Made by a program: the position numbers and the translations under genes. Below, one piece after another: positions 17,169 through 26,786 of a DNA stretch of 32,209 nt. Source of the stretch: Candidatus Woesearchaeota archaeon (GTDB taxonomy: Archaea > Nanobdellota > Nanobdellia > Woesearchaeales > GW2011-AR9); the NCBI GenBank assembly GCA_016185685.1, contig JACPNC010000023.1, positions 1-32,209 on the forward strand, read 5' to 3'. Within the stretch, counting starts at the first letter, position 1, and every line of letters begins with the position of its first letter. Under the pieces are notes generated by a model that was not told where the DNA came from, did not search any database, and saw nothing but the letters and a program-made list of their open reading frames with translations.

Positions 17169-17816
17169 GTGAAGAAAGACCACTCTAAAAATCCAATTAA
17201 TACTATCCGTCAAGGTAACGGGCAATGGGATTTCACAAATTTCATGCCACGAATTTCTGAGCCAGAAACTCCAAAAGATAAATTCACCCAAGCATTTCAC
17301 TCATTAGATCATGCCCTCCGCAATAACGAAATACGAGAGAAAACACGCCTTCCCTACTACATCCATACCCAAGAAGAAAAACAAGGAATTTTTCGCATAG
17401 GTGAAAGAGAAATAAATGTACGCGAATGCCCATTTGAATTAGAAGGTCTTCCCGTTACACCTCATCAAAAAGAATATATGCATAACTACACAAGAGAACT
17501 ACGAAAATTTGTTGAAAAAGCCATGTCTAGAAATTTTACACCTACCAATAGATATTTTGCAACGGTCACTCTTGAGCCAAATAATTTAGCCCACCCTTTA
17601 TATGTTGCTTTAGCTGCATCTATGGATTTTAACGGCTGGTGCAGTGGAGTGATAATTCCTTTGCAAGACATACATCAGCGAGTACTGTATCAGATAATAG
17701 ACGAAGACGATACAAGTAAGTTTGACAAAAAAGACATGTTAGGAACAGGATTCATGTATCTTGACAAAAAAAAAGAAATAGCTTTTCATGAAATCACTCC
17801 ATTAGAAATGCTTTAA
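17169..17816 (+). CDS. Hypothetical protein, tandem paralog 1
   Basis: Shares IR.GN...DFTNFMP, EE.QGIFRI, R.LYQI.D and G.GF.Y with the next ORF. Confidence 0.8.
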   Translation: MKKDHSKNPINTIRQGNGQWDFTNFMPRISEPETPKDKFTQAFHSLDHALRNNEIREKTRLPYYIHTQEEKQGIFRIGEREINVRECPFELEGLPVTPHQKEYMHNYTRELRKFVEKAMSRNFTPTNRYFATVTLEPNNLAHPLYVALAASMDFNGWCSGVIIPLQDIHQRVLYQIIDEDDTSKFDKKDMLGTGFMYLDKKKEIAFHEITPLEML

Positions 17817-17825
17817 ATTTCAAAA

Positions 17826-18476
17826 ATGACAGCTGACGATGAATTCATAAATGAAATCCGTTTAGGAAATTCCTATTACGATTTTACCAATTTTATGCCC
17901 AAATTTTCAGAACACAAATCAAATTCACTAAAACCAAATGATAGATTTGCTGATGCATTTTACCATTTAAGTCAAGCACTCCATCAAGCAGAAGAAAGAA
18001 GAAAAAAGTACTCTGTTTCAGAAAAACACCAAGAAAATATAACGTATCCTTTCGAAACAGGAGAAGAACAACAAGGCATTTTCAGAATAGAAGGACAGGC
18101 AGTTAATCTCTGCAAATTTCCGTTCACTACGGTGGGCATGATTTCACAAAATTCTCCTTACAATTTTCTATTCCCTTACACTAAATTCTTGGAAGCATTT
18201 GTAGAAAAATCATTCCAAAGAAAATACGAAGAAAGAGTAAATTATTATTCAGCAGTCAAAGTATACCATGGAGAGCTACCAGAGGTAATCGTTCCTAAAG
18301 CCGCCGATATTAGCTTTGATCGTATGTACCGTGCATGCTTAATTCAGCCAGCAAAAGGAAAAGAAAGAATTTTATATCAAATAACCGATGGAGATTACCA
18401 AGAAGTCTTCGGTGCCGGTTTTTTATATAAACATAAAGAAAAAAATCTCCAAATACAAGAGATAAAGAGACTATAA
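17826..18476 (+). CDS. Hypothetical protein, tandem paralog 2
   Basis: Same shared blocks as 17169-17816. Confidence 0.8.
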   Translation: MTADDEFINEIRLGNSYYDFTNFMPKFSEHKSNSLKPNDRFADAFYHLSQALHQAEERRKKYSVSEKHQENITYPFETGEEQQGIFRIEGQAVNLCKFPFTTVGMISQNSPYNFLFPYTKFLEAFVEKSFQRKYEERVNYYSAVKVYHGELPEVIVPKAADISFDRMYRACLIQPAKGKERILYQITDGDYQEVFGAGFLYKHKEKNLQIQEIKRL

Positions 18477-18651
18477 AAAAAATCTATTTTTTATCCTGAA
18501 AAAAGCGAGATACATCTATCGCATTCAAGATAAGCTTTTATTCAAGAAAAACCCCTGTTCTGAACTATATATCTGTACTCTACTATAACAATGCTTAAAT
18601 ACCCTCTTTTCCAGCATATTCTCAGTAGAAAAAATAATAAAATAAACTAAA

Positions 18652-18822
18652 ATGGTAACTATCCGTACACAAGTAAAAGATCTTTTAAAACAGTTAGGAG
18701 TAGATAATATGTCCGGCGATTTCCAGAATAAGTTGGATGAAAAAGTGAAACAAGTACTTCTTGATGCCTGTAAGCGCGCGCAAGAAAATGGCAGAAGGAC
18801 AGTGATGGGAAGAGACATTTGA
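18652..18822 (+). CDS. Short histone-fold protein (56 aa), absent from the ORF track
   Basis: MVTIRTQVKDLLKQLGVDNMSGDFQNKLDEKVKQVLLDACKRAQENGRRTVMGRDI with the RA..NGR.TV...D signature. TATA-like CTTAAATA upstream. Confidence 0.9.
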   Translation: MVTIRTQVKDLLKQLGVDNMSGDFQNKLDEKVKQVLLDACKRAQENGRRTVMGRDI

Positions 18823-18834
18823 TTTCTTTTAAAC

Positions 18835-19521
18835 CTATCTCAATTCCCCATTAAATAATTGACACAAATACATTACTTCCCGTTCTAAATCTAACTGCTG
18901 GCAAACTTTTTCCGGCCAATACTCACAACTTTCATTTAAAGCCCATTCTGTCGTAACATACTTTTTAAAATCTGCTTGAGTAAGATGTCGAGAAGCTACA
19001 TCTTCCAAAGTGCCATAAACACTCATAGTAATCTCCGGATAATAAATACCAATCATTAACCCATTTCTTACTGGTTGTAAAAAACTGGTCCGGGAATTGC
19101 TTACTCCTTTTTCCAAATCCACCCTATCCTGCTTCACTGCTGAATTATGTTGCTCATAACATTTCTCATCAAGTGAATTCCTAGCGACTATAAATAAGAT
19201 TGTTTTTTTTTCTGCTCCTTTTTCAATTTCAAAAGAGATCATTTTTTCATGACACGCTTCACGATTTTCGCCATTTGGCCGTAAGAGAGTTCCTTCAGTG
19301 ATGATGACATAATGAATAAATCCTACTTTTTGCTGAAAATTAAGTTCGGAGCAGAAGTATGGCGGAGATTGTTCTTTTTCATGCGGAATATTTTGTTCAG
19401 GAAATTCTTCTTGTTGAAGACCAGAGAGAGAAGGTTGTTTTTCTGAAAGATACTCTTTATTCTGAGAACACGCTCCAAGACTTACAGCCAAAGCCAAACT
19501 TAAAAAAGTGTTATTGACCAT
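18835..19521 (-). CDS. Putative lipoprotein, unknown function
   Basis: MVNNTFLSLALAVSLGAC lipobox-like signal peptide. Confidence 0.6.
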   Translation of the reverse strand: MVNNTFLSLALAVSLGACSQNKEYLSEKQPSLSGLQQEEFPEQNIPHEKEQSPPYFCSELNFQQKVGFIHYVIITEGTLLRPNGENREACHEKMISFEIEKGAEKKTILFIVARNSLDEKCYEQHNSAVKQDRVDLEKGVSNSRTSFLQPVRNGLMIGIYYPEITMSVYGTLEDVASRHLTQADFKKYVTTEWALNESCEYWPEKVCQQLDLEREVMYLCQLFNGELR

Positions 19522-19686
19522 TTTTGTGATTAAATTCAAAATCATTTATAAAGTCGCCTTTTGTACTTCATACCAAAATACCATAAATCCCGAACAAATA
19601 ATGTTATTTTGGATACATGAAATTAAAGAAATAGTACAAATAAGTTCAACAAGAATATAAATAAGAGAACACATTTTCTAATTCTT

Positions 19687-20403
19687 ATGAAAAGTAAAGA
19701 ACACTCTGCCTTACCAGACTGGAATGACCCTACTCTTGAAGATAAATTAACTTCTGCTTATAAGATTACATCAATCAGCGAAAAAGAAAAAAAGATTGTC
19801 CAAGAACTTCTTGCGCCGCTGAAAGAAACACACCCCATTACCGCATTTCACTATCAACATAGCATAAGGGTAGGCCTCTATGCTCAAAAAATTGCCTCTT
19901 GGCTCCATCTTGATCAAAGAGAACTTTTTCTAGGTGGATTACTGCACGATATCGGAAAATCCTGCGTTCCGCTGGAACTACTTGCAAAGACAGACCTTCG
20001 CTTGAATAATAAAAACAGCAGATGGACTGCGAAAGATAAAAAAAGAATGGAAGTACATGTGATGGAAGGATATCACAGGATAAAAGAAAAAGCACAAGAA
20101 TATCTTCCGTTAGAGATTATTGCTGATATCGTCGTGCGACATCATCGCTATCAACCCAATCCGTATCCTGAGCAACTTCCACCATTTCCCCATCAGTACA
20201 ATAATGATACAAAAGAAAGAATTCAACTCTACGCGCAATTAGTTGCTTTAGCAGATAAATACGACGCACTGCATCGTATCACTAAAATCCCTCCTTTTAC
20301 TGCAGAAGAGATAAAAGAGAAAATGCATCATCTTACTCCAGAAACAAGGCTTTTAGTAGACGCATTGTATCAAGTACGGGAATTTAAATCATTTTTACAT
20401 TGA
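19687..20403 (+). CDS. HD-domain phosphohydrolase (HD-GYP-like, stand-alone)
   Basis: HS.RV, LLHDIGK, H...G, HH and LADKYDAL motifs. Confidence 0.88.
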   Translation: MKSKEHSALPDWNDPTLEDKLTSAYKITSISEKEKKIVQELLAPLKETHPITAFHYQHSIRVGLYAQKIASWLHLDQRELFLGGLLHDIGKSCVPLELLAKTDLRLNNKNSRWTAKDKKRMEVHVMEGYHRIKEKAQEYLPLEIIADIVVRHHRYQPNPYPEQLPPFPHQYNNDTKERIQLYAQLVALADKYDALHRITKIPPFTAEEIKEKMHHLTPETRLLVDALYQVREFKSFLH

Positions 20404-20860
20404 ATTCATCATTCTTATATCGTTTTAAAACAATATGTTCTGCCCAATCTGTCACGGGAATTTCTAAGAACATTTTCTTATTAAGAAATTCTTCAAAATG
20501 CTCATTGTCATTAAAAAAACCGATACAAACAATAGAATATTCACCAGAACATCGGTAAACTTTTGTAAACTCGTGGTAGTCTGACAATTTTTTCAAAGAA
20601 GAGGCAAGCGAATCAGGTCTTACATTAATAGAAAAGACAACCTGAATATTCTTTCCAAAGCGTGATGAAGATAATTTAGGATAGTATCCTTTAAGGTATC
20701 CCCTTATCTTTAGACGTTCCATTCTGTAACGGATTGCATTTTCAGTAAGTTTTAATTGCCTTGCTACCGTAGCGATTGGAACTCTCGCATCAACATCTAA
20801 CATCCGCAAAAAAGCAAGGTCTTTTTTATCCAATTTTTTATCCGATTTTTTATTCATCAT
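20384..20860 (-). CDS. Lrp/AsnC family transcription regulator
   Basis: LD.KD..IL..L..DAR-type HTH (LDKKDLAFLRMLDVDAR) and VYRCSGEY. Confidence 0.92.
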   Translation of the reverse strand: MMNKKSDKKLDKKDLAFLRMLDVDARVPIATVARQLKLTENAIRYRMERLKIRGYLKGYYPKLSSSRFGKNIQVVFSINVRPDSLASSLKKLSDYHEFTKVYRCSGEYSIVCIGFFNDNEHFEEFLNKKMFLEIPVTDWAEHIVLKRYKNDEFNVKMI

Positions 20861-21017
20861 TTAAGATAATATACTTTCTTTTAAATATTTTTCTGATTCA
20901 TCAATGGCATTGTTTATTTATTTCATTTTCATCAAGAAGCGTTAATATACCGTCCACTCCCACATTTTATTATGATTCAAAATATAAGATGATGCAAAAT
21001 ATAAGATGGTTTGATAT

Positions 21018-21797
21018 ATGAAAAACATACACCCCCATTTCTCAAAAATTGCTCACAGGTACAGGAATTTAAGAACGACCGATGTAGAACCAATTCTCTT
21101 TATTAAGAAGAAGCTGCAAAAGAATCAAAAAATAGTGGCCGTAGATATTGGTTGCGGAGCAGGCAGATACGATTTAAAGCTGTTCCAATATCTCGGTAAA
21201 AAAATATTTCTCTATTGTTGTGATGCAAATCTGGCGATGCTAAAAGAATTAAAAAAATTTTTAGAAAAACATGAGATTCGGAATTTCAAAACAATAAAAA
21301 CGCTTGCAAATAAAATACCGCTTAAAAATAATTCTTTAGACTGCATATTTACATTTAATGCCATTCATCATTTTGAAGTTTCCCAATTCTTGAGAAAGTC
21401 TTCATCTATCCTCAAAAAAGGAGGGTACTTATTTATTTATACACGATTGAAAAGCCAAAATCAAAGGAATATCTGGGGGAAATATTTTCCTCTTTTTAAT
21501 AAAAAAGAGACCAGACTTTATGGATTAAATGAACTAAAGAATTTGCTGAAGAAAACGCCGCTGTTAAAAATAAAAAATATAGAATATTTCAAGTATAACC
21601 GGCTCTCTTCGTTGGATCGGCTTCTAGAACAGGCACAGAAACACCACTACTCAACATTTTATTTATACAATAAAAAAGAATTTGAAAACTCAGTGGAGAG
21701 ATTTAAAAAAAATATTCAATTGAATTTTAAAAATTTAAATAAGATTAATTGGGTTGACGAAAATATCCTATTAGTTCTACAAAAGGAGGTAAACTAA
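21018..21797 (+). CDS. Class I SAM-dependent methyltransferase
   Basis: VDIGCGAG, D.N.AML, SLDCI...NAIHHF and LKKGG motifs. Confidence 0.9.
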   Translation: MKNIHPHFSKIAHRYRNLRTTDVEPILFIKKKLQKNQKIVAVDIGCGAGRYDLKLFQYLGKKIFLYCCDANLAMLKELKKFLEKHEIRNFKTIKTLANKIPLKNNSLDCIFTFNAIHHFEVSQFLRKSSSILKKGGYLFIYTRLKSQNQRNIWGKYFPLFNKKETRLYGLNELKNLLKKTPLLKIKNIEYFKYNRLSSLDRLLEQAQKHHYSTFYLYNKKEFENSVERFKKNIQLNFKNLNKINWVDENILLVLQKEVN

Positions 21798-21798
21798 C

Positions 21799-21897
21799 AT
21801 GGCAAAATGTGAAAAATGCGGTAAAGAGTTCCCAGAAGGTACCGAACATGTTTGTTCTTCATCAGAGGAACAAAAACCAGAAACGGGCACGTCTTAA
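21799..21897 (+). CDS. 32-aa zinc-finger microprotein, absent from the ORF track
   Basis: MAKCEKCGKEFPEGTEHVCSSSEEQKPETGTS (CxxCG...HxC) with GGAGGT 8 nt upstream. Confidence 0.7.
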   Translation: MAKCEKCGKEFPEGTEHVCSSSEEQKPETGTS

Positions 21898-21946
21898 GAA
21901 AGAAAATCAACGCCTGAATATAAACTTTATTTTTTTTATTTTGTTT

Positions 21947-22762
21947 TCACTCTTCTTTCTTAATCCTCACTTTCGGTGGAGGAGGAACAGGAAATAATTG
22001 TTCTATCCCTTCATCTAACTTACCCTCAGAGGTCCCTGCTGAATGCGGTTCAAACATGAAAGTGTGCTTCACTGAAGGATTCACAGAAGGATTGACAGAA
22101 GGAACAGTACCGGAAGCCACTACTGGCGAATTATTCTCAGAAAATGATCCTAACGATGGTTCTTTTACCTCAGGATGTTTTTTCAGAAACAGTTGCAATT
22201 GCATTTCCCACTGTCGCATCTGCTGATCTAAAATATGAATTTTGCGTGGATCTTTTTCTAATAATTTCATAATTTCTAACTGCCGTTTTAATGCTTCTAA
22301 TTTTGTCCGTAATAATCGTGCTCGCTGCAAGCGAGAATGCACTCCTTTTTTTTGCATATTCTGCATCTGCATATTCTGCTGCGACATCAATTCACGGGCA
22401 ACTCCCCGTTTCGCTAAAGATTCTCCCAGTAAATGAACTAACTTGTCCACTCTTTTTGCCATATCTTTATCTGCCGCTGCAGAAAGTTTTTTCTTTAAAA
22501 GAGCAACTTCTTTTTTCAATGTTGTTATTTTAAGAGAATCTTGCTGTTTAATATGTTCTTCCATTTCCAACAGGCGGGAAACTTTATGTTCTAAATGGAG
22601 AATTTCTTTACGTAAACTTAACTTGGGAACTTTTTTCTGCGCTGAAAGATATTTAATCTCATTTAATTTCTTAGTGATTTCTATTCGAGAAAAAGTTTGC
22701 CTTTGCTTCTGATCAACTTTTGCAGCAGTTACTAAGAATTGAAATGCCTGAAGGGAAGTCAT
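21947..22762 (-). CDS. Hypothetical coiled-coil protein with Pro-rich tail
   Basis: Long ORF with heptad-like composition and an FPVPPPP end. Confidence 0.8.
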   Translation of the reverse strand: MTSLQAFQFLVTAAKVDQKQRQTFSRIEITKKLNEIKYLSAQKKVPKLSLRKEILHLEHKVSRLLEMEEHIKQQDSLKITTLKKEVALLKKKLSAAADKDMAKRVDKLVHLLGESLAKRGVARELMSQQNMQMQNMQKKGVHSRLQRARLLRTKLEALKRQLEIMKLLEKDPRKIHILDQQMRQWEMQLQLFLKKHPEVKEPSLGSFSENNSPVVASGTVPSVNPSVNPSVKHTFMFEPHSAGTSEGKLDEGIEQLFPVPPPPKVRIKKEE

Positions 22763-22786
22763 GATAAATTTTTTCTCGCCCCCTTC

Positions 22787-23419
22787 CTAAAAAAGCCCTT
22801 TTCGTTTCATACCAGATGGAGGAGCAGGAGGGAGAGGCAAATCAGAAACAGGAGACAATGATGATCCTGAAAAAGAAGAAGAAGAAGACGAAGCCATAGG
22901 CATTCCAGAAAATCCTGAAGGCCCACCCATCGGTCGAGGAGCCATCCGCGGTCCTGGAAGAGAAGGCATACCCATTTGATGCTGCATTCCTTGCATTCCT
23001 CCAGCAGATGGCGGTGAATTTGGTGAAGAAAAACTTCCGGTTGAAGAATTAACCGATCCTGGGGAAGATCCTAAAGAAAATCCAGTTCCTCTCTTTCCTT
23101 GCATGAAATCGTCTAGTTTATCTGAAATAGTTAATAAAGCTCTGGCGATAGTCTCATTTTGCTGAACTACATTCTCTATCTTTTGCCGTAACCCGCTGAT
23201 TGTTTGACCAACATCCTCTCCTTTAGTTTGCTCAAGTGCTTTATGAAAAACTTCCTGAAGATCTCGTAATGAATCTTTCAGAGATTCCATTTCCAATACT
23301 AATTCTTGTGTTTTACTATCAGGTTGAGTAAGTTTCTTTTTCAACTCTTCAACATCATACTTTAAATCTTCCAGTAATTGGTGAGGGAGAACTTCATATT
23401 CATTATTTTCATCTGCCAT
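22787..23419 (-). CDS. Hypothetical coiled-coil protein with low-complexity G/S/P/M tail
   Basis: Start MADENNEY has AGGTGA upstream. Coiled coil followed by an LPLPPAPP tail. Confidence 0.8.
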   Translation of the reverse strand: MADENNEYEVLPHQLLEDLKYDVEELKKKLTQPDSKTQELVLEMESLKDSLRDLQEVFHKALEQTKGEDVGQTISGLRQKIENVVQQNETIARALLTISDKLDDFMQGKRGTGFSLGSSPGSVNSSTGSFSSPNSPPSAGGMQGMQHQMGMPSLPGPRMAPRPMGGPSGFSGMPMASSSSSSFSGSSLSPVSDLPLPPAPPSGMKRKGLF

Positions 23420-23548
23420 ACACATTTCACCTTATTGTATTATAACTTAACATATTTTACTTTATCAATATTCACCTTATTTTTGAGAAAGGAAGCTTCT
23501 CTGCTATATAAATCTTTTTAAGCCTTAGCGTAAATCAAATGACTAATT

Positions 23549-24211
23549 ATGACTGCTAAACGTGAAATTGAATCAAAATTTGAACTTCCCATAGGAAAAG
23601 ATATCCTTCTTTGTACTACGGAAATTCTAGAACAAATAGCACAAAAAGGATGGAATCTTACTGCAACCAATCTGGAACCATTACACTTTGTCTATTACGA
23701 TACGCCTCAACTAGACTTATATCAACAAGGTGCCACCCTCAGAAGAATTTCTGGCTACCCAACAACTTCAAAACCAAAAGCAGCATATAGATATGATTAC
23801 AAAACTGGTTCTTTAGAGAATCGCATGGAATCAACTCTTTGGTCACGATGGGAATGGAATCCAGAAAAAATAATAAAAAAATTAGCTCCAGAATTAGAAT
23901 ATACTAAATTAGAAGAGGTAGCAAAAACAGACACCTTCTCATTCAAACTTTATTACAAAAAGTGGTTTACGCAAGTAGAAGTTTCAGTTGACGCCGTCTC
24001 TCTCGTACCTGAACATCCCGAAAAAAAGAAAATAAATTATTTTGGCGGAGACGGGCCGCAAAAATTCAGAGAATTAGAGATAGAGCTTTTGCGCGGCAGT
24101 GAAAAACGCTACGAAAAATTAGTCCATCAGTTACAAGAGAAATTACAATTTACCCCGATAAACGAACAGAAATACGGAAGAGTGATAGGAATGAAAAAAG
24201 GAAACGTATAA
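23549..24211 (+). CDS. CYTH / triphosphate tunnel metalloenzyme
   Basis: EIESK (ExExK), YYDT, LRR, ELEIEL and C-terminal KY. Confidence 0.88.
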   Translation: MTAKREIESKFELPIGKDILLCTTEILEQIAQKGWNLTATNLEPLHFVYYDTPQLDLYQQGATLRRISGYPTTSKPKAAYRYDYKTGSLENRMESTLWSRWEWNPEKIIKKLAPELEYTKLEEVAKTDTFSFKLYYKKWFTQVEVSVDAVSLVPEHPEKKKINYFGGDGPQKFRELEIELLRGSEKRYEKLVHQLQEKLQFTPINEQKYGRVIGMKKGNV

Positions 24212-24261
24212 ACGACACCCCCACTCCATCATACATTTAAAAAATAATACGAGGTAAAAAA

Positions 24262-24627
24262 ATGGCAAATATATCAGTAAAAGTTTCAGGACCACTAGGT
24301 CTTATCGCTTTCGGAGCAGGCGCATATCATGGTTTTATGGACGGACAAGGTCTTCCATTACCAAAAGAAAATTTGGAAAACATATTGACTTACGGACCTA
24401 CTATGGCTTCTGGAGCTCTGGGTGGGCTAGTTGGAGGAATGATCGGACTAGTAGGCGGCGCTGCTGTAGGCGGCAGCGAATATGGAGCAAAAGGCGCAGC
24501 TGCCGGAGGAGTGGTTGGTGCTGCTAGTATTGGAATAGTTGCAGGTAGTTTGGGCACTGTTTCAGGAGCTCTTGGAACACTGATAGGGTATGGTTGCGGT
24601 TATGCTACGGGATATCTGCTGAAATAA
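24262..24627 (+). CDS. Small glycine-zipper membrane protein
   Basis: Repeated GxxxG hydrophobic helices; GAGGT upstream. Confidence 0.75.
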   Translation: MANISVKVSGPLGLIAFGAGAYHGFMDGQGLPLPKENLENILTYGPTMASGALGGLVGGMIGLVGGAAVGGSEYGAKGAAAGGVVGAASIGIVAGSLGTVSGALGTLIGYGCGYATGYLLK

Positions 24628-24683
24628 AGTTATAATTTTCTCATTATTAGTTATTTTTTATTTTTACTTTTTCCAAAATTCTT

Positions 24684-26132
24684 TCACAACCCCAATCTCT
24701 CCAACACTTTATCTTTATCAAACGGCTCTAAATCCTCATATCTCTGCCCGACACCAAAGAACAAAATGGGTTTCTTCAAAATATAACTGATAGATAACGC
24801 TGCACCGCCTTTTTCATCCACATCAGCTTTAGTTAAAATAACTCCATCTAAATTTACTAATTCCTGAAATTTCTTTGCCTGTTCAATACAATCATTTCCC
24901 GTAATACTCTCACCCACAAACAACTTCAAATCTGGCTTCGCTACACGAATAATTTTATCCAGTTCTGCCATAAGATTAACATTACTATGCAATCTTCCTG
25001 CCGTATCAATCAGCACCACTTCAATACTGTTCTTTTCCGCATACTTGACAGCATCAAAAGCAACAGCCGCAGCATCTGCGCCATAATCATGCTTAATGGT
25101 TTTTACACTCAGTCGCTGGGCGTGTTCTTCCAACTGCTGGATTGCTGCTGCGCGAAAAGTATCGCTCGCCGCCCAAACCACTGAATGCTTATTTCTTAGC
25201 AAATAAGAGGTCAGTTTAGCAAGAGAAGTAGTTTTTCCCGCCCCATTGATCCCAAATAAAGCAATAACGTACGGTCTTTTCTCTTTCTGAAGAATATTCT
25301 CTTCTTTTCTTTTTTTAATTTCAATAAGAATATTTTTTCCCTGCAAAGAAAGAATTTCCTGTAGTGTTTGTTTGAGTGTTTCCGTAATTTTTCCTTCAAC
25401 ATCTCTTGGCAGAGGTTTGTCAACAAGTTCCAATTTAAGGTCTACTTTTATTTTTTCAATAACTTCCACCGCCATATTATTCTCTAATAACAATAATTCT
25501 AAATCCCAAAAAAGTTCTTCAAATTTTTCTGCAGAAATAGTTTTAGTAGTAATTGCTTGTTTAAGTTTGCCAAAAAAACCTCTTTCTTCAGTTGGTTCTA
25601 TTTTCTTTTCGTTAACAATTTCTTTTTTCTTTACTTCTTTTGGTAGGTCTTCGCCTGCTTTTTCTTTCTGATGTTCTTCTGAAACATGGAATTCCTCTTT
25701 TTTCTGGGATTCTTCTTTTTTCTGAAATTTTTCTTTGATTTTTGATAAAAATGACTTTTTTTCTGATTCTTCAGTTATGTTTATTTTATTTTTAGGGGAT
25801 GGCTCTACTTCAAAAACCGCCGTATTTTCATCTTTTATCTTTTCAACAAACTCAGTTCCATCTTCCGCTTCTTTCTTTATTTTTTCTTTTTTTTCTGGTA
25901 TGTTTTTAATAGTTGGCTTTGCTTCTTTTTTTGTCTTGATTTCTTTAACTATTTCTTTCTTTACTACTTTCTCTTCAATGACTTTCTCTTTAATATCTTT
26001 AATATCTTTTACTTCTTTTACTTCTTTTACTTCTTTTACTTCTTTTACTTCTTTTACTTCTGCTTCAGCTTCCGTCTTCTTAGAAAAGATACTTAATGCT
26101 CCTTTCAATTTTTCTTTAAGTTTGCCAAACAT
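24684..26132 (-). CDS. ftsY: SRP receptor FtsY
   Basis: MFGKLK start, GINGAGKTT, DTFRAAA, DTAGR, TKAD...KGG and GVGQ.Y.DL. Confidence 0.97.
   Translation of the reverse strand: MFGKLKEKLKGALSIFSKKTEAEAEVKEVKEVKEVKEVKEVKDIKDIKEKVIEEKVVKKEIVKEIKTKKEAKPTIKNIPEKKEKIKKEAEDGTEFVEKIKDENTAVFEVEPSPKNKINITEESEKKSFLSKIKEKFQKKEESQKKEEFHVSEEHQKEKAGEDLPKEVKKKEIVNEKKIEPTEERGFFGKLKQAITTKTISAEKFEELFWDLELLLLENNMAVEVIEKIKVDLKLELVDKPLPRDVEGKITETLKQTLQEILSLQGKNILIEIKKRKEENILQKEKRPYVIALFGINGAGKTTSLAKLTSYLLRNKHSVVWAASDTFRAAAIQQLEEHAQRLSVKTIKHDYGADAAAVAFDAVKYAEKNSIEVVLIDTAGRLHSNVNLMAELDKIIRVAKPDLKLFVGESITGNDCIEQAKKFQELVNLDGVILTKADVDEKGGAALSISYILKKPILFFGVGQRYEDLEPFDKDKVLERLGL
25989..26060 (-). repeat. In-frame 9-bp tandem repeat in ftsY
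   Basis: TTTTACTTC x6 plus TTTAATATC x2, encoding (EVK)6(DIK)2. Confidence 0.9.
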
Positions 26133-26153
26133 GATTTTTGCCCCTTTTTTTGC

Positions 26154-26681
26154 TCATCCACTCTGTAAATGCGGCTCAATTTCTTTGTAAATTTTCATAA
26201 CTTCTTGCTGCAGCTGCTCCAAAACAGCTTCGCCTTCAATCATACGCACGGTCATTTCCTGTTTTTGGTTCTCCAAAATATTGCGTACATCAGAAATGTT
26301 TTTTTCTACCGATGCATTTGCTCCTACGTTAAGAATGACTTTAGTATTGTCCTGCAACCGCACTTTCATAAACAACCCTTCAGCAATAGGAGCTAGAATT
26401 TCCTTATTTAGAGCAGATTTTCCGATTTCATCAACCGCTTCTTTTGCGGCATCAAGTTCTGAATATTGCTGTCTCATCAGCTGCACCTGCTGAGCAATCT
26501 GTTCCAACTGCTGCTGCAAAAATTTAAAATGCATATATTTCTGCTGAAGTTGTTGTTGCTGTTGATGTTGTTGCGCTTGTTCATGTTGTTGTTCCTGTTG
26601 CTGATGTAAAGCTGAGGCTGCCTCTGAGTGGCGTGAAACCGTATCTTCAACTTGAAGTTTTTTTGAATGCATGTAATCCAT
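26154..26681 (-). CDS. pfdA: Prefoldin alpha subunit with Gln-rich N-terminal extension
   Basis: EILAPIAEGLF..V.L.....VILNVGA..SVEK hairpins between coiled coils; canonical position upstream of ftsY. Confidence 0.9.
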   Translation of the reverse strand: MDYMHSKKLQVEDTVSRHSEAASALHQQQEQQHEQAQQHQQQQQLQQKYMHFKFLQQQLEQIAQQVQLMRQQYSELDAAKEAVDEIGKSALNKEILAPIAEGLFMKVRLQDNTKVILNVGANASVEKNISDVRNILENQKQEMTVRMIEGEAVLEQLQQEVMKIYKEIEPHLQSG

Positions 26682-26786
26682 AAACAGGGTATTTTATATA
26701 AGGATTTTGGTAAGAAAACACCATTTGAAACACTTCTTTTGCACACCACAAATCCTTAAAAACCACATTTCCAGTTAAGATAAAGA

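Noticed and set aside
18525..18818. 97-aa minus-strand ORF
   Set aside because: Antisense to the histone gene.
21809..21997. 62-aa plus-strand ORF
   Set aside because: Weaker than the overlapping SD-led zinc-finger ORF and runs through a T-rich terminator.
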